NCBI GenBank assembly: GCA_045591115.1
Contig: JAZNSH010000006.1
Coordinates: forward strand, 27,874 to 91,873
Length of the DNA stretch: 64,000 bases
Direction: 5' to 3'
From: Clostridia bacterium
Lineage (GTDB): Bacteria > Bacillota > Clostridia > Christensenellales > QALW01
The notes beneath the pieces were generated by a model that was given only the letters and a program-made list of their open reading frames with translations, searched no databases and was not told where the DNA came from. Position numbers and translations under genes: made by a program. Positions 47,226 through 57,954 of the stretch are shown piece by piece. Position 1 is the stretch's first letter. Every line of letters begins with the position of its first letter.

Positions 47226-48070
47226 GATACCTTGTTCTTTCTGATATCCACGGCAATAACGTGGCGTTAGATACCGTTCTTTGTAAGGTTTCAAAAAGCC
47301 GATATGATAAGATTCTTGTTCTTGGTGATAACGTTGGTGACGGCCCTTGCCCTGATAAGGTTCTGAAGACACTTACCGAGCTTAATGCAATTATGATTGC
47401 AGGCAATCGTGAAGAGCTTGCAAATGACCATTTTAACGGTTTTTTTGAAACACAAAAAGCTTTGCAATGGAAGTTTATGCGTGATTCATTGGGTTTTCTT
47501 GATGAATCGCAACGGCAGTTTATCGCTAAATTAAATAATCAGAAAACCGTTACCGATGGCGATATTTCAATAAAAATGGTGCACGGATCACCTGATTCGG
47601 TAAGAGAATTACTTTACGCTACAAATCCGGCACGGCTTAACGAATGCCTTGATTCCATAGATGAAAAAATTCTTTTATGCGGTCATAACCATTTCCAGTT
47701 TGCTTACGTTAGTTCTTCGGATAAGCTTGTAATGAATCCTGGCTCTGTTGGGCTCAGCCAAAAGGGTGAAGCATTCAGAGCAGATTATGCAATACTCAAC
47801 ATTCAACGAAATCAGTATTCCTTTGAGCTTAATCACGTTTATTATGACGGTGAAAAAATCAAGCAGGAATACATTGATCGCGGTTTGTGGGACAGCACTA
47901 TCTGGGGACAGTTAGCCCACAAGGAAATGAGCGAAGGAAAAACTTACATAGTCAGCTTTGCAAAATTCGTATATAACCTTGCAAAATCAAAAAATGCCTC
48001 TACTCACCCACTTGATGATTCAATTTGGCTTGAGGCATCCAATAAATGGGATTGGAGTTGTGTAAAATAA
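47222..48070 (+). CDS. Calcineurin-like metallophosphoesterase
   Basis: SDIHGN, LGDNVG, GNRE, HGSP, GHNH, NPGSVG. Confidence 0.9.
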   Translation: MRYLVLSDIHGNNVALDTVLCKVSKSRYDKILVLGDNVGDGPCPDKVLKTLTELNAIMIAGNREELANDHFNGFFETQKALQWKFMRDSLGFLDESQRQFIAKLNNQKTVTDGDISIKMVHGSPDSVRELLYATNPARLNECLDSIDEKILLCGHNHFQFAYVSSSDKLVMNPGSVGLSQKGEAFRADYAILNIQRNQYSFELNHVYYDGEKIKQEYIDRGLWDSTIWGQLAHKEMSEGKTYIVSFAKFVYNLAKSKNASTHPLDDSIWLEASNKWDWSCVK

Positions 48071-48072
48071 CA

Positions 48073-48100
48073 GGTTCAGCAAAAGCTGAACCGTTTTTTT
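48073..48100 (+). terminator. Intrinsic terminator
   Basis: GGTTCAGC-AAAA-GCTGAACC-GTTTTTTT. Confidence 0.75.
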
Positions 48101-48104
48101 AGAT

Positions 48105-49058
48105 ATGTTTATAGGAAATATCCAATTAAAAAACAAGTTAATACTTGCGCCTATGGCAGGCGTTACCGACAGCATTTACCGAAAGCTTTGCTATAGATTC
48201 GGTGCGGCTTTAACCGTTACTGAAATGGTTAGCGCCAAAGGACTCTTTTATTTAAGCGAAGCAACGGGAGATCTCCTTGAGCCATCAGGTATTCACCCCG
48301 AGGCTGCCCAGATCTTCGGCAATGATCCTGAAATTATGGCTAAAGAGTTATCTCATCCCTATTTCGAGCCCTATGATATTATTGATATAAATATGGGTTG
48401 CCCTGCAAGAAAAATCGTATCAAATCTTGAGGGTAGTGCTTTAATGAAGGACATTCCCTTAGCCAAGGAGATCGTTGCGGCTTGCGTTAGTGCAACAAAC
48501 AAGCCCATTACGGTAAAATTCCGCGCAGGTTGGGATAGCTTTTGTGCAGATAAAATGGCAATAGCCTGTGAGGAAGCCGGTGCAAAGGCCATCACCGTTC
48601 ACGGACGCACAACTATGCAAGCTTACAGCGGAAAAGCCGATCTTGATGCAATAAAGCGCGTAAAGGAATGCGTTAAGATTCCCGTCATCGGAAACGGTGA
48701 CGTTACCGGCCCTATTTCAGCAAAAAAGATGCTTGAATATACCGGTTGTGATGCCATTATGATAGGCAGAGCCGCCCAAGGAAGACCTTGGATTTTCGGC
48801 GAAATAAATTCTTATTTTGAGGATAAAGAATTTAGCCTTTCACATATTGAAAAATTAGATATTGCTCTTGAGCACGGTTTAGAGCTTATTAAGCTTAAAG
48901 GCGAGCATACCGCAATGCTTCAAATGCGCAAGCATATGGCTTGGTATACCCACGGAATGCGCAACGCGGCAAAAATCAGAAGCAGTATCACAAATCTGAA
49001 AACCGACAAAGACCTCATAGAACTCATTGAAGAGCTTAAGGCTATGGATGCTCAATAA
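48105..49058 (+). CDS. dusB: tRNA-dihydrouridine synthase B
   Basis: LAPMAGVTD, DINMGCP, VHGRT, GNGDV, IGRA. Confidence 0.95.
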   Translation: MFIGNIQLKNKLILAPMAGVTDSIYRKLCYRFGAALTVTEMVSAKGLFYLSEATGDLLEPSGIHPEAAQIFGNDPEIMAKELSHPYFEPYDIIDINMGCPARKIVSNLEGSALMKDIPLAKEIVAACVSATNKPITVKFRAGWDSFCADKMAIACEEAGAKAITVHGRTTMQAYSGKADLDAIKRVKECVKIPVIGNGDVTGPISAKKMLEYTGCDAIMIGRAAQGRPWIFGEINSYFEDKEFSLSHIEKLDIALEHGLELIKLKGEHTAMLQMRKHMAWYTHGMRNAAKIRSSITNLKTDKDLIELIEELKAMDAQ

Positions 49059-49875
49059 ACGTTTTCAGCGTGATGCCGTTGTTTTTTAAAATACCGTCAT
49101 AAAGCTGTTTTTCCGTAAAAATGCCTAACGTATTTTCATTATCATCAACTGCTAAAACGCAGTAAAAATTATTTCCGCTGAAATTATTAAGTATATCAAT
49201 AACTTTTTCTTTTTCGTAAGCTTTTATTATCTTAACATTTTCATTTTTCCAATATTTTTCCCTGAAGATATATCTTCGGGGGTTTTTTATTGCTTTTAAT
49301 GAAGCAATTAGCATAAAAGTTGCCATAACGATGCCTTCATTGCCATCGAAAAATATAATTCCGTATAGACATTTAACAAAATAGATGCTTGCAACGGAAA
49401 TACCAAAGATAACAGTAATTTTTCTGCCCTTATTTTCTCCCCATATACTTTTAAGCGCACAGGAAAGAATTCTTCCTCCATCAAGGGGATATATGGGCAA
49501 AAGATTTATAAGGGCTATATTATATGAAAAATCAACAAAGCTGTTCCAATCAGGCAGAATATTTACCATACTTGCTTTTTCCCACAAAAAGGCGCTAAAA
49601 AGGCTTATAAAGGGTCCTGCCGAGGCAACTACCGCCTCAAATACATACTTATCCTCTATTCCCCTTATTTGGGCTTCACCGCCAAATGGGAAAAGCTCAA
49701 CCGATTCAGTATGAAATCCAAACATATGCGCAACGAAAATGTGAAAAAACTCGTGCAATAAAACAGCAAAGGTCATCGTTACAAACGTTATTATCTGTCC
49801 CGCATAGATCCATAGTACACACAATAACAAAAAAGACAGATTGAACTTTATTTTTACACTATTTATTCTGATCAA
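49042..49875 (-). CDS. spoIVFB: Stage IV sporulation protein FB (M50 peptidase)
   Basis: HEFFH, FPFGG, AGP, NLLPIYPLDGG, CBS-like tail; position after minD/rodA. Confidence 0.85.
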   Translation of the reverse strand: MIRINSVKIKFNLSFLLLCVLWIYAGQIITFVTMTFAVLLHEFFHIFVAHMFGFHTESVELFPFGGEAQIRGIEDKYVFEAVVASAGPFISLFSAFLWEKASMVNILPDWNSFVDFSYNIALINLLPIYPLDGGRILSCALKSIWGENKGRKITVIFGISVASIYFVKCLYGIIFFDGNEGIVMATFMLIASLKAIKNPRRYIFREKYWKNENVKIIKAYEKEKVIDILNNFSGNNFYCVLAVDDNENTLGIFTEKQLYDGILKNNGITLKTFIEHP

Positions 49876-50383
49876 GGCTCATATACCCCAGAGGATCTAT
49901 ACTAACGCAGTTTTTAAAGAGCTTAAAAATCAATTCGCCCTTTGAATAACCTACGGTATCACCTTTCTTAACGCTTTCACCTTTTTTTACTAATGCCGTT
50001 GCACCGTAATAACTGCTTAAAGTGCCATCATAATGACGAATAGTTATTTTACTGTTTTCCGCATTTTCAATTACGCCGTCTGCCGTTGCATAAACGCCCT
50101 CGAACATATCTGACGATATTACAATACACTTTTCTCCAAGAATTTCTTTTTGTGTAAGCTCTCCGCTACAAGGAAGGATCATTGACGTTACCGAGATCTC
50201 GCCTGAAACTGCAGTGGATTCAGGCTGTTTTTCCAGAAAAAACACCTGCCCTAAGGATTCTTTTATTTTAAAATCCTCCTGAAGACTTATTTCTATTCCT
50301 TCCTTTAAGTTTTTTCCGTTCTTTATAATTACCGTAAGTATTACAAGCAATATCAATGCTATGACAATATATCTTTTTTTCAA
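49859..50383 (-). CDS. spoIVFA: SpoIVFA-like degenerate M23 family protein
   Basis: TTG start after GGGGGA; TM; VYATADGVI, ITIRH, VKKGESVKKGD, IDPL; paired with spoIVFB. Confidence 0.7.
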   Translation of the reverse strand: MKKRYIVIALILLVILTVIIKNGKNLKEGIEISLQEDFKIKESLGQVFFLEKQPESTAVSGEISVTSMILPCSGELTQKEILGEKCIVISSDMFEGVYATADGVIENAENSKITIRHYDGTLSSYYGATALVKKGESVKKGDTVGYSKGELIFKLFKNCVSIDPLGYMSLDQNK

Positions 50384-50401
50384 AAAAATCCCCCCAAGCA
50401 A

Positions 50402-50432
50402 AATATATGCCTGAGGGGTTTTATAAATTACT
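50402..50432 (-). promoter_or_regulatory. Possible sigma-E promoter for spoIVF overlapping a hairpin
   Basis: CATATATT -10-like element just before spoIVFA; -35 match weak. Confidence 0.4.
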
Positions 50433-51577
50433 TAATTGGATGTAAATGGCTGAATAGGTCGATTTATGCAAACGCTTTCAACTAAACCTATAGCTATCAT
50501 ATTAGCCAGCATACTTGAGCCACCATACGAAATAAACGGTAGCGGTATTCCCGTTATGGGCATAATGCCTATTACCATACCGATATTTTCAAAGATATGG
50601 AACATAAACATTGCCATAACACCTGCAACGATCATCTGACCGTAACGGTCACAAGCCTTATGCTGAAGAATATACCACATACGAACTTCCAGCGCAACAT
50701 AGAGCCCTATCAAAACAAAGGCGCCCAAAAAGCCCATTGATTCACCGATTGCGGCAAAGATAAAGTCAGTATGAATTGCAAAAATTCCGCCCGATTGGCT
50801 TATGGAATCAGCACCTAAAATGCCCTTTCCCCAGAACTGACCTGAGCTGATGGCGATCTTTGCATACTTTAGCTGTTCAACATCATCGCCGCTTATGAAA
50901 TTGATAATTCGGCTCTGTTGCTTTTCGCCCAGCAAAAACCAAACTGCAACGCAGGCAACGATACCCACACCGAAAATCATAAGAATGTGCTTCCAATGCA
51001 TACCGGCAATAAATAGCATAATGAAGAAGATGAAAACGTATACCAACGTGGTTCCAACGTCCATCTGGGACATAAGTGCCGCCAGGAAAATGGCCATTAT
51101 GCCGAAGGTTGGTAGTAGATCTTTAAATTTTTTAAGGCTTTCCTTTTTAGAAATCGTTTTTGCAAGAATTAGAATAAGACCAAGCTTACCTATTTCGGTC
51201 GGCTGAAAATAAAAGCCCTCACTTATTCTGATCCATCCGCGAGTACCGCCTTGCTCGTCACCAAAGAAGCCGGTGAATATGATAAGACCTGCACATATGC
51301 CAAGAACAACGTACCATATTTTTGCGTAAATATGATAATCAAGAATCGCAACACAGACAAGTGCCGCAAAGCCCACGCCTATCCACATTGCGTGCTTTTT
51401 CACCGTGTCAAAATTCAACCGTGAAAGGGTTTCTAATAAATCTGCTTCCTCACTGCCCGTTGCCGCATCAGCCAGTGCCGTTAAGATTGCAACAAGACCA
51501 AAGGCACATATTATGCCTACGATGATAAGAAGAATGTACTCTATATTATGCAGTTTTCGTTTGTCAAAAAGCCACAT
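50432..51577 (-). CDS. rodA: SEDS family rod shape-determining protein
   Basis: FQPTEIGK, HTDFIFAAIGE, PITGIPLPFISYGGSS; follows minE. Confidence 0.92.
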   Translation of the reverse strand: MWLFDKRKLHNIEYILLIIVGIICAFGLVAILTALADAATGSEEADLLETLSRLNFDTVKKHAMWIGVGFAALVCVAILDYHIYAKIWYVVLGICAGLIIFTGFFGDEQGGTRGWIRISEGFYFQPTEIGKLGLILILAKTISKKESLKKFKDLLPTFGIMAIFLAALMSQMDVGTTLVYVFIFFIMLFIAGMHWKHILMIFGVGIVACVAVWFLLGEKQQSRIINFISGDDVEQLKYAKIAISSGQFWGKGILGADSISQSGGIFAIHTDFIFAAIGESMGFLGAFVLIGLYVALEVRMWYILQHKACDRYGQMIVAGVMAMFMFHIFENIGMVIGIMPITGIPLPFISYGGSSMLANMIAIGLVESVCINRPIQPFTSN

Positions 51578-51639
51578 ATAAACTCCAAATAATTTTTTAT
51601 TTAGATTATTATATCACAACTAAAAAATTTTTTCAACAA

Positions 51640-51885
51640 TTATATGGCACGAAATGCATTTACGGGCATTTTTGCGCAAAGGCACGTTCCGTTATCTATT
51701 CTTTCAATTTTTATTGATATGTTTTCATAATCAGGCTCTATGTACTTTACTGCTGCGGAAATAATATCCGCAGTCATCTTCAATATAAACTCAGCAGACA
51801 CATTAGCCCTATCCCTTGATATTACCGCTTGAAGGCGTCTTTTCGCTTCTTTTTTACTATTGCTTTTCTTGAAAAAACCAAACAT
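51640..51885 (-). CDS. minE: Cell division topological specificity factor MinE
   Basis: SKKEAKRRLQAVISRDR; follows minD. Confidence 0.9.
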   Translation of the reverse strand: MFGFFKKSNSKKEAKRRLQAVISRDRANVSAEFILKMTADIISAAVKYIEPDYENISIKIERIDNGTCLCAKMPVNAFRAI

Positions 51886-51898
51886 ACCTCTCTCCCCC

Positions 51899-52693
51899 TT
51901 ACACCGCAGTTTTTTTAGAAAATATCTTATTTATGAGGGATTCCAACGGTTTCTTTGCGTTTACGGGTATTTTTTCACCGATTATGCGCTTTGCAATATT
52001 ATCATATTCCTTTCCTGCTTTACTTGTTGGGATATTTACAACCGCTTCACCTAAATTTGCACTTTTTACGATGGTTGAATCATCTCTTACCGCACCTATA
52101 GCTTTTTGGCCTAAAATATCTTCAACATCCTCTACGGATAGCATATCACCGCTTCTGACAAGCTCAGGTCTAATTCTGTTTACAATCAGATTGACCTTAC
52201 TGATTTCATTTGCCGCCATAAGCCCGATTACCCTATCGGCATCACGGACGGAAGAAACCTCAGGCGTGCAAACAACAAGCGCCTCATCTGCTCCTGCTAT
52301 AGCGTTTTTAAAGCCTTGTTCAATACCTGCGGGGCAATCAAGCAATATAAAATCATATTGATTTTTTAATTCCGATAAGAGCCACTTCATCTGTTCCTCG
52401 GTGATTGCTTCCTTTGACCGTGCCTGACTTGCAGGAAGAAGTGAAAGATGCTCATTACGCTTATCGCGAATTATTGCTTGCTTTATTCTGCATTTATTCT
52501 CTATTACGTCAACAATATCAAATACTATTCTGTTTTCAAGCCCCAATATGGTATCTAAATTTCTTAAGCCAAGATCCATATCAATAAGAAGCACTTCCTT
52601 TGAGCATTTGGCAAGAGCACAGCCTATATTGGCACACGCCGTTGTTTTGCCAACTCCCCCTTTTCCTGATGTTATTACCATTATCCTTCCCAT
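51899..52693 (-). CDS. minD: Septum site-determining ATPase MinD
   Basis: TSGKGGVGKTT, DLGLRNLD, DCPAGIEQGF, RDADR; start re-assigned to MGRI. Confidence 0.97.
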   Translation of the reverse strand: MGRIMVITSGKGGVGKTTACANIGCALAKCSKEVLLIDMDLGLRNLDTILGLENRIVFDIVDVIENKCRIKQAIIRDKRNEHLSLLPASQARSKEAITEEQMKWLLSELKNQYDFILLDCPAGIEQGFKNAIAGADEALVVCTPEVSSVRDADRVIGLMAANEISKVNLIVNRIRPELVRSGDMLSVEDVEDILGQKAIGAVRDDSTIVKSANLGEAVVNIPTSKAGKEYDNIAKRIIGEKIPVNAKKPLESLINKIFSKKTAV

Positions 52694-52822
52694 AAAACCC
52701 ACCTCTAAATTTATTTTCACCTTCTATAATACATATTTTGGAAAAATAATAAAGAAATGTTTTTGTCGAAATGGCAATAATGACAATTTTAGTAAAAAGA
52801 ACACAAAAAACGCATTGTAAAA

Positions 52823-52851
52823 TTGACAAAAATAACGAATGAATGTATAAT
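52823..52851 (+). promoter_or_regulatory. sigma-A promoter
   Basis: TTGACA-17-TATAAT, perfect consensus. Confidence 0.85.
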
Positions 52852-52879
52852 TAAAATATATTAAATAAGGAGATTTTTT

Positions 52880-53098
52880 ATGAAACAAGCAACAAAACAA
52901 AACACCATCGGTGAAATTTTGGAAATGAATAATGAGGTTGCCGCACTTTTTTTAGGTCACGGTATGTTTTGTGTTTCTTGCCCCAGCGCACAAAACGAAT
53001 CCTTGGAAGAAGCCTGCATGGTTCACAATATTGATTGTGATGCGCTTCTTGATCTTATTAACAAATTTCTTGCCGCTGATGAGGAGGAAGACAAATGA
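52880..53098 (+). CDS. DUF1858 domain protein
   Basis: GMFCVSCPSAQNESLEEACMVH. Confidence 0.88.
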   Translation: MKQATKQNTIGEILEMNNEVAALFLGHGMFCVSCPSAQNESLEEACMVHNIDCDALLDLINKFLAADEEEDK

Positions 53099-53532
53099 TA
53101 GCTATCGGTTGTGATCACGGCGGATATGAATTAAAGCTCGCCGTTATTGAACATCTTAAATCAAAGGGTCTTGAAGTGAAGGATTTCGGATGCTATTCTT
53201 CTGATAGCGTTGATTATCCCGATTATGCTTACCCCGTTGCAAAAGCAGTTGCAAATGGAGAAGCAGAAAAAGGTATTCTTATCTGCGGTACGGGCATCGG
53301 TATGAGCATTGCCGCCAACAAGGTGAAAGGTATTCGTTGTGCGCTTTGCTCTGATACATTCTCTGCACACGCAACAAGAGAGCATAACGATTCAAACATC
53401 CTTGCTCTCGGTGCACGAGTTGTTGGCTTAAATCTTGCACTTGATATTGTTGATACCTGGCTCGGTGCTGAATTTACAGGTGGCAGACACTCAAACCGTA
53501 TTGAAAAAATCACAAAAATAGAGAATGAATAA
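53095..53532 (+). CDS. rpiB: Ribose-5-phosphate isomerase B
   Basis: GCDHGG, CGTGIGM, ANKVKG, HND, GGRH. Confidence 0.97.
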   Translation: MIAIGCDHGGYELKLAVIEHLKSKGLEVKDFGCYSSDSVDYPDYAYPVAKAVANGEAEKGILICGTGIGMSIAANKVKGIRCALCSDTFSAHATREHNDSNILALGARVVGLNLALDIVDTWLGAEFTGGRHSNRIEKITKIENE

Positions 53533-53535
53533 AAA

Positions 53536-53994
53536 ATGATTTTTGATAATATAAAAAACTGTAAAACGTATTACGGGCTAAATCCTAAATTTGAAATAGC
53601 TTTTGATTTCATTAAGAAGGCATTAAAAGAAAACCTTGACATTGGAAAATACGAGATTGATGGCAAAGATAATTACGCATCTATTGAAGGCTATAATTCA
53701 AAATTAAAGGAAAACAGCGTTTTTGAAGGACACGAAAAATACATAGATATTCATTTTATTATGGAAGGCTGTGAAATGATAGGCTCTATGGAAATCGCAA
53801 ATGCCATTATCAAAAATGAATATGACGCCGAAAAAGATATTGCATTTTATGAAAAAAGTGATATTGCCTCTTATTGTGTGGCAAGGCAAGGTGACTTTTG
53901 TATTTTTCATCCTCACGATATACATAGTCCCGGTGTGGCTTTTAATAACATTCCCTTAATGGTTAAGAAAATAGTCGTTAAAATACACATATAA
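53536..53994 (+). CDS. YhcH/YjgK/YiaL family protein
   Basis: FEGHEKYIDIH, IFHPHDIH.P, KKIVVKI. Confidence 0.9.
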   Translation: MIFDNIKNCKTYYGLNPKFEIAFDFIKKALKENLDIGKYEIDGKDNYASIEGYNSKLKENSVFEGHEKYIDIHFIMEGCEMIGSMEIANAIIKNEYDAEKDIAFYEKSDIASYCVARQGDFCIFHPHDIHSPGVAFNNIPLMVKKIVVKIHI

Positions 53995-54032
53995 AAAAGG
54001 CTTGAAAACTTCAAAAAGTTTTCAAGCCTTTT
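53994..54032. terminator. Bidirectional terminator
   Basis: AAAAGGCTTGAAAACTT...AAGTTTTCAAGCCTTTT. Confidence 0.85.
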
Positions 54033-54033
54033 C

Positions 54034-55770
54034 TTAATTTATATCAAATTGACTGTGATAAAGTTCTGAATAAAAGCCTTTTTGCTTAAGAAGCTCTTTA
54101 TGGCTTCCCTTTTCGATAACGTTGCCATCCTTCATTACCAATATAACGTCAGCATTCTGAATAGTTGAAAGGCGGTGGGCAACAATAAAGCTGGTTCTGC
54201 CTTCCATTAAATGAGAGAAAGCATCCTGAATTTTCTTTTCGGTTCGTGTGTCTATTGATGAGGTTGCTTCATCAAGAATAAGCATTGGCGGTATTTTCAA
54301 CATTATTCTTGCTATGCACAAAAGCTGTTTCTGCCCTTGTGAAAGACTTCCGCCCTCTTCCCCGATAACAGTATCATAACCTTTAGGCATACGTTTTATA
54401 AAGCTATGAGCGTGTGCCGCCTTTGCCGCCGCAATGATCTCTTCATCGGTGGCATCTTCTTTTCCAAAAGCAATATTTTCACGAATCGTGCCCGCTTTTA
54501 GCCAGGATTCCTGCAATACCATACCATAATTGGCTCTTAAAGATCTGCGTGTTATATTTCTGATATCTGATTCATCTACGGAAATTGATCCTTCATCAAC
54601 ATCATAAAAACGCATAAGCAGATTTATAAGCGTTGTTTTGCCGCAGCCGGTCGGTCCTACTATAGCAACACGTTTTCCGCTTTCAACGTTCAAGGAAAGC
54701 TCTTTGATAAGTGGGCGTTCCTTAACATATGAGAACGAAACGTTTTTTAAGCTTACGTTGCCTGAAACGTTTTCAAGGATATTATCTTTATCGGGCGACT
54801 GCGGTTCTTCCTCGATAAGCTCAAACACGCGAGTTGCGCAGGCAAGGGCATTCTGCATTTCGGCAATAACACCTGATATCTCGTTAAAGGGCTTTGTGTA
54901 CTGATTTGCATAGCTTAAGAAAATTGTTAATCCACCTACAGTAAGACCTGCAGGGGCAACCATAATTCCTCCAAGCAAGGCAACTGCCGCATAAACAACA
55001 CTATTCACAAAGCGTGTTGTAGGGTTAGTTAATGACGAGAAGAATATGGCTTTTAAAGAATGCTTTTCAAGATTATCATTGATCTCCTTAAACCTTGAAA
55101 GGCTTTCATCTTTTTGTGAAAAAGCTTTTACCACCTTAGCACCTGAGATCATTTCATCAATATATGCAGTTTGTTCGCCCCTCGTTTCCGACTGCTTTTT
55201 GAACATCGAAAAGGTACGTTTTGCGATAAAGTTTGCAATTACAAGTGAAAGAGGCGTTAAAACCACGACTGCCAACGCTATCTTCCAGTTAAGCTGAATC
55301 ATAAATACAAGTGTAACAATAATGGTAACTACGCCTGAGAAAAACTGAGTGAATCCCATCAAAAGACCATCAGCAAACTGATCTGTATCTGAAATAATTC
55401 TGCTTACTGTTTCGCCGGTTGGATGCGTATCAATATATTTTAACGGCAATTTTTGAATTTTACTGAATGCGGCTTCACGAACATCCTTCACAACACCGTA
55501 TGTTACGCGATTATTTATCATACCGGTGAGCCACTGAATCAGAGCAGTAATCATAACGATTATGATAATTTTGATTATAAGCTCAATAACAGCAGGCATA
55601 TTTACCTGACCAACACCGATAATATTATCTATTGCTTCGCCTGCAATAATGGGCACGTAAAGAGTGAGTACAACACTTACTACCGATAATAGAATTGAAA
55701 GTATAAGGAGGTGCTTAAAATTACCCAGATATCTCAGCACCTTACCGAAAACCTTACTCATTGCTCTCAT
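54034..55770 (-). CDS. Heterodimeric ABC exporter subunit B
   Basis: GPTGCGKT, LSQGQKQ, ILDEATS. Confidence 0.93.
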   Translation of the reverse strand: MRAMSKVFGKVLRYLGNFKHLLILSILLSVVSVVLTLYVPIIAGEAIDNIIGVGQVNMPAVIELIIKIIIIVMITALIQWLTGMINNRVTYGVVKDVREAAFSKIQKLPLKYIDTHPTGETVSRIISDTDQFADGLLMGFTQFFSGVVTIIVTLVFMIQLNWKIALAVVVLTPLSLVIANFIAKRTFSMFKKQSETRGEQTAYIDEMISGAKVVKAFSQKDESLSRFKEINDNLEKHSLKAIFFSSLTNPTTRFVNSVVYAAVALLGGIMVAPAGLTVGGLTIFLSYANQYTKPFNEISGVIAEMQNALACATRVFELIEEEPQSPDKDNILENVSGNVSLKNVSFSYVKERPLIKELSLNVESGKRVAIVGPTGCGKTTLINLLMRFYDVDEGSISVDESDIRNITRRSLRANYGMVLQESWLKAGTIRENIAFGKEDATDEEIIAAAKAAHAHSFIKRMPKGYDTVIGEEGGSLSQGQKQLLCIARIMLKIPPMLILDEATSSIDTRTEKKIQDAFSHLMEGRTSFIVAHRLSTIQNADVILVMKDGNVIEKGSHKELLKQKGFYSELYHSQFDIN

Positions 55771-57481
55771 CCTCCTTTACCTGAGAATAATGAATTTCAC
55801 GGTAAACCTGAGATTTTTTCAAAAGCTCATCGTGAGTGCCCGTATCTACAATTTTTCCATCCTCAAGGACGATTATCAGATCTGAATGAGATATTGAGGA
55901 GGTTCTTTGAGATACTATAAACACCGTTATATCGCTCATCTGTTTTATTTCGCTTCTTAATTTTGCATCAGTCGCATAATCAAGTGCCGATGCGCTGTCA
56001 TCAAAAATAAGTATTCGCGGATTTTTAACAAGCGCACGGGCTATAGTGAGCCGTTGCTTTTGCCCTCCTGAAAAATTTCTGCCATACTGTTCAACAACTG
56101 CATCAAGGCCTTCTTCTTTACTTTTTACAACATCAAGAGCTTGTGCTTTTTTCAGAGCATCAAACAGTTCTTCATCTGTTGCATCCTTATTCCCCCATTT
56201 AATGTTATCGCGGATAGTGCCCTTAAAAAGCTCCGCTTTTTGAGGTACTATACCTATTTGCGCTCTTAATGAATCCATATCCCATTCTTTAACGTCACAT
56301 CCAAAGACCTTAACTGTTCCTGAGGAAGCATCATAAAAGCGCGGGATCATATTTATAACGCTGGTTTTTCCTGAGCCCGTACCGCCAATAATTCCGATAG
56401 TCTGCCCTTTTTCAGCAACAAATGATATACTCTCAATGGAAGGCTCTCTGTCATCCCCGTAAACGAGAGAAACATCTGAAAATTCAACTGCAGGTGCCTT
56501 TTCATTGATTTTTGTGTTTTCACCGTTTTTCTGTGAAGGTTCAATCTCAAGAACTGCCTGAATTCTGTTTCCGCAGGCAAATGAACGGGTAATATTTATA
56601 ATGAGATTGGCAAGCTTTATAAGCTCAACAAGGATCTGTGACATATAGTTATAAAGTGCAATCAGTGCACCCTGGCTTATAAGACCGGCTTCAACTCTGA
56701 TGGCGCCTGAATATATGAGAAATACGATGGCAAGATTGATTATAACGTATGTTAATGGGTTCATAAGTGCAGATATTCTGCCAACAAGAACCTGCATTGA
56801 AACAAGGCGGTCGTTTTTCTCCTTAAAAGCTTCCTCCTCGTTATCTTCTCTGCAGAAAGCACGGATAACACGAGCACCTGAAAGAGTTTCGCGCGTTGAA
56901 AGCAAAACGGAATCAAGGCGCTTCTGCACCTTTTTATAAAGCGGAATTGAAATAAGCATTATTGAAAAAACTACTATGGCAAGCACAGGGATAACAACGG
57001 TAAATATCAATGCAAGGCGTGCATCTACACTAAACGCCATTATCATTGAACCGAATACGACAAACGGCGAACGAAGAAGCAAGCGCAGGGATAAGTTTAT
57101 ACCGTTCTGCACCTGATTAACATCGCTTGTAAGGCGCGTTATCATAGTGGATTTACCAAGCTTATCAATTTCCGGATAGCCTAATTTCTGTATATGCTCA
57201 AAAAGCTTAAAGCGCACGTGTTTAACCACACCGGTTGCGGCTTTTGCGGCAAAATATTGTGCGGTAACTGAAAATATAAGCCCCACAACTCCAAAGGCAA
57301 CCAGAATAAGACTCATTTTTATAATGAAACCGCTTCCTCTGCCCCCATTGATTCCCTGATCAATCAATGCAGAAATAACAAGCGGCACAAAAAGCTCAAA
57401 AAGTGCCTCAAGCATCTTTAGAAGCGGACCTAAAACCGTTTCTTTTTTGTATTTGCCTAAAAACCTCAGTAATTTTAACAT
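55754..57481 (-). CDS. Heterodimeric ABC exporter subunit A
   Basis: GGTGSGKT, FSGGQKQR, IFDDS. Confidence 0.93.
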   Translation of the reverse strand: MLKLLRFLGKYKKETVLGPLLKMLEALFELFVPLVISALIDQGINGGRGSGFIIKMSLILVAFGVVGLIFSVTAQYFAAKAATGVVKHVRFKLFEHIQKLGYPEIDKLGKSTMITRLTSDVNQVQNGINLSLRLLLRSPFVVFGSMIMAFSVDARLALIFTVVIPVLAIVVFSIMLISIPLYKKVQKRLDSVLLSTRETLSGARVIRAFCREDNEEEAFKEKNDRLVSMQVLVGRISALMNPLTYVIINLAIVFLIYSGAIRVEAGLISQGALIALYNYMSQILVELIKLANLIINITRSFACGNRIQAVLEIEPSQKNGENTKINEKAPAVEFSDVSLVYGDDREPSIESISFVAEKGQTIGIIGGTGSGKTSVINMIPRFYDASSGTVKVFGCDVKEWDMDSLRAQIGIVPQKAELFKGTIRDNIKWGNKDATDEELFDALKKAQALDVVKSKEEGLDAVVEQYGRNFSGGQKQRLTIARALVKNPRILIFDDSASALDYATDAKLRSEIKQMSDITVFIVSQRTSSISHSDLIIVLEDGKIVDTGTHDELLKKSQVYREIHYSQVKEDESNE

Positions 57482-57651
57482 ATCATATTTTCCTTAGAAA
57501 TTTTTTTATATTTTACCACAACTATCCCGTACTGTAAAATATCTTTTTTAAAAAAAGTGCTTTAACATATTCGTATTATCTGTTATAATAAATATTGAGC
57601 GTTTAAAAAATTATCGTTTATAATATATTTGTTTCAAAAGGAGTTAAAAAA

Positions 57652-57954
57652 ATGGTTAAACACGTTATTCTTTGGCAATTAAAGGATGAAATTCAAGGCG
57701 AAGAAAAAGCTGAAGTTTTAAAAAATGCAAAAACTCAGCTTGAAGGACTTCAGGGAAAAATCGATGGTCTTATTGAAATAAAGCTTAACATCGTTTCTCT
57801 CAGTTCATCAAACGCCGATATGATGCTTGACAGTTCATTTGTTTCCGAGGAGGCATTAAAAGGATATCAGGTGCATCCCGATCACGTTTATGCTGCCGAT
57901 AACTTTATCCGTCCCTACACTAAGGCAAGACTTTGCCTTGATTTTGAAGAATAA
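57652..57954 (+). CDS. Dabb stress-responsive alpha/beta barrel protein
   Basis: MVKHVILWQLK, YQVHPDH, CLDFE. Confidence 0.9.
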   Translation: MVKHVILWQLKDEIQGEEKAEVLKNAKTQLEGLQGKIDGLIEIKLNIVSLSSSNADMMLDSSFVSEEALKGYQVHPDHVYAADNFIRPYTKARLCLDFEE

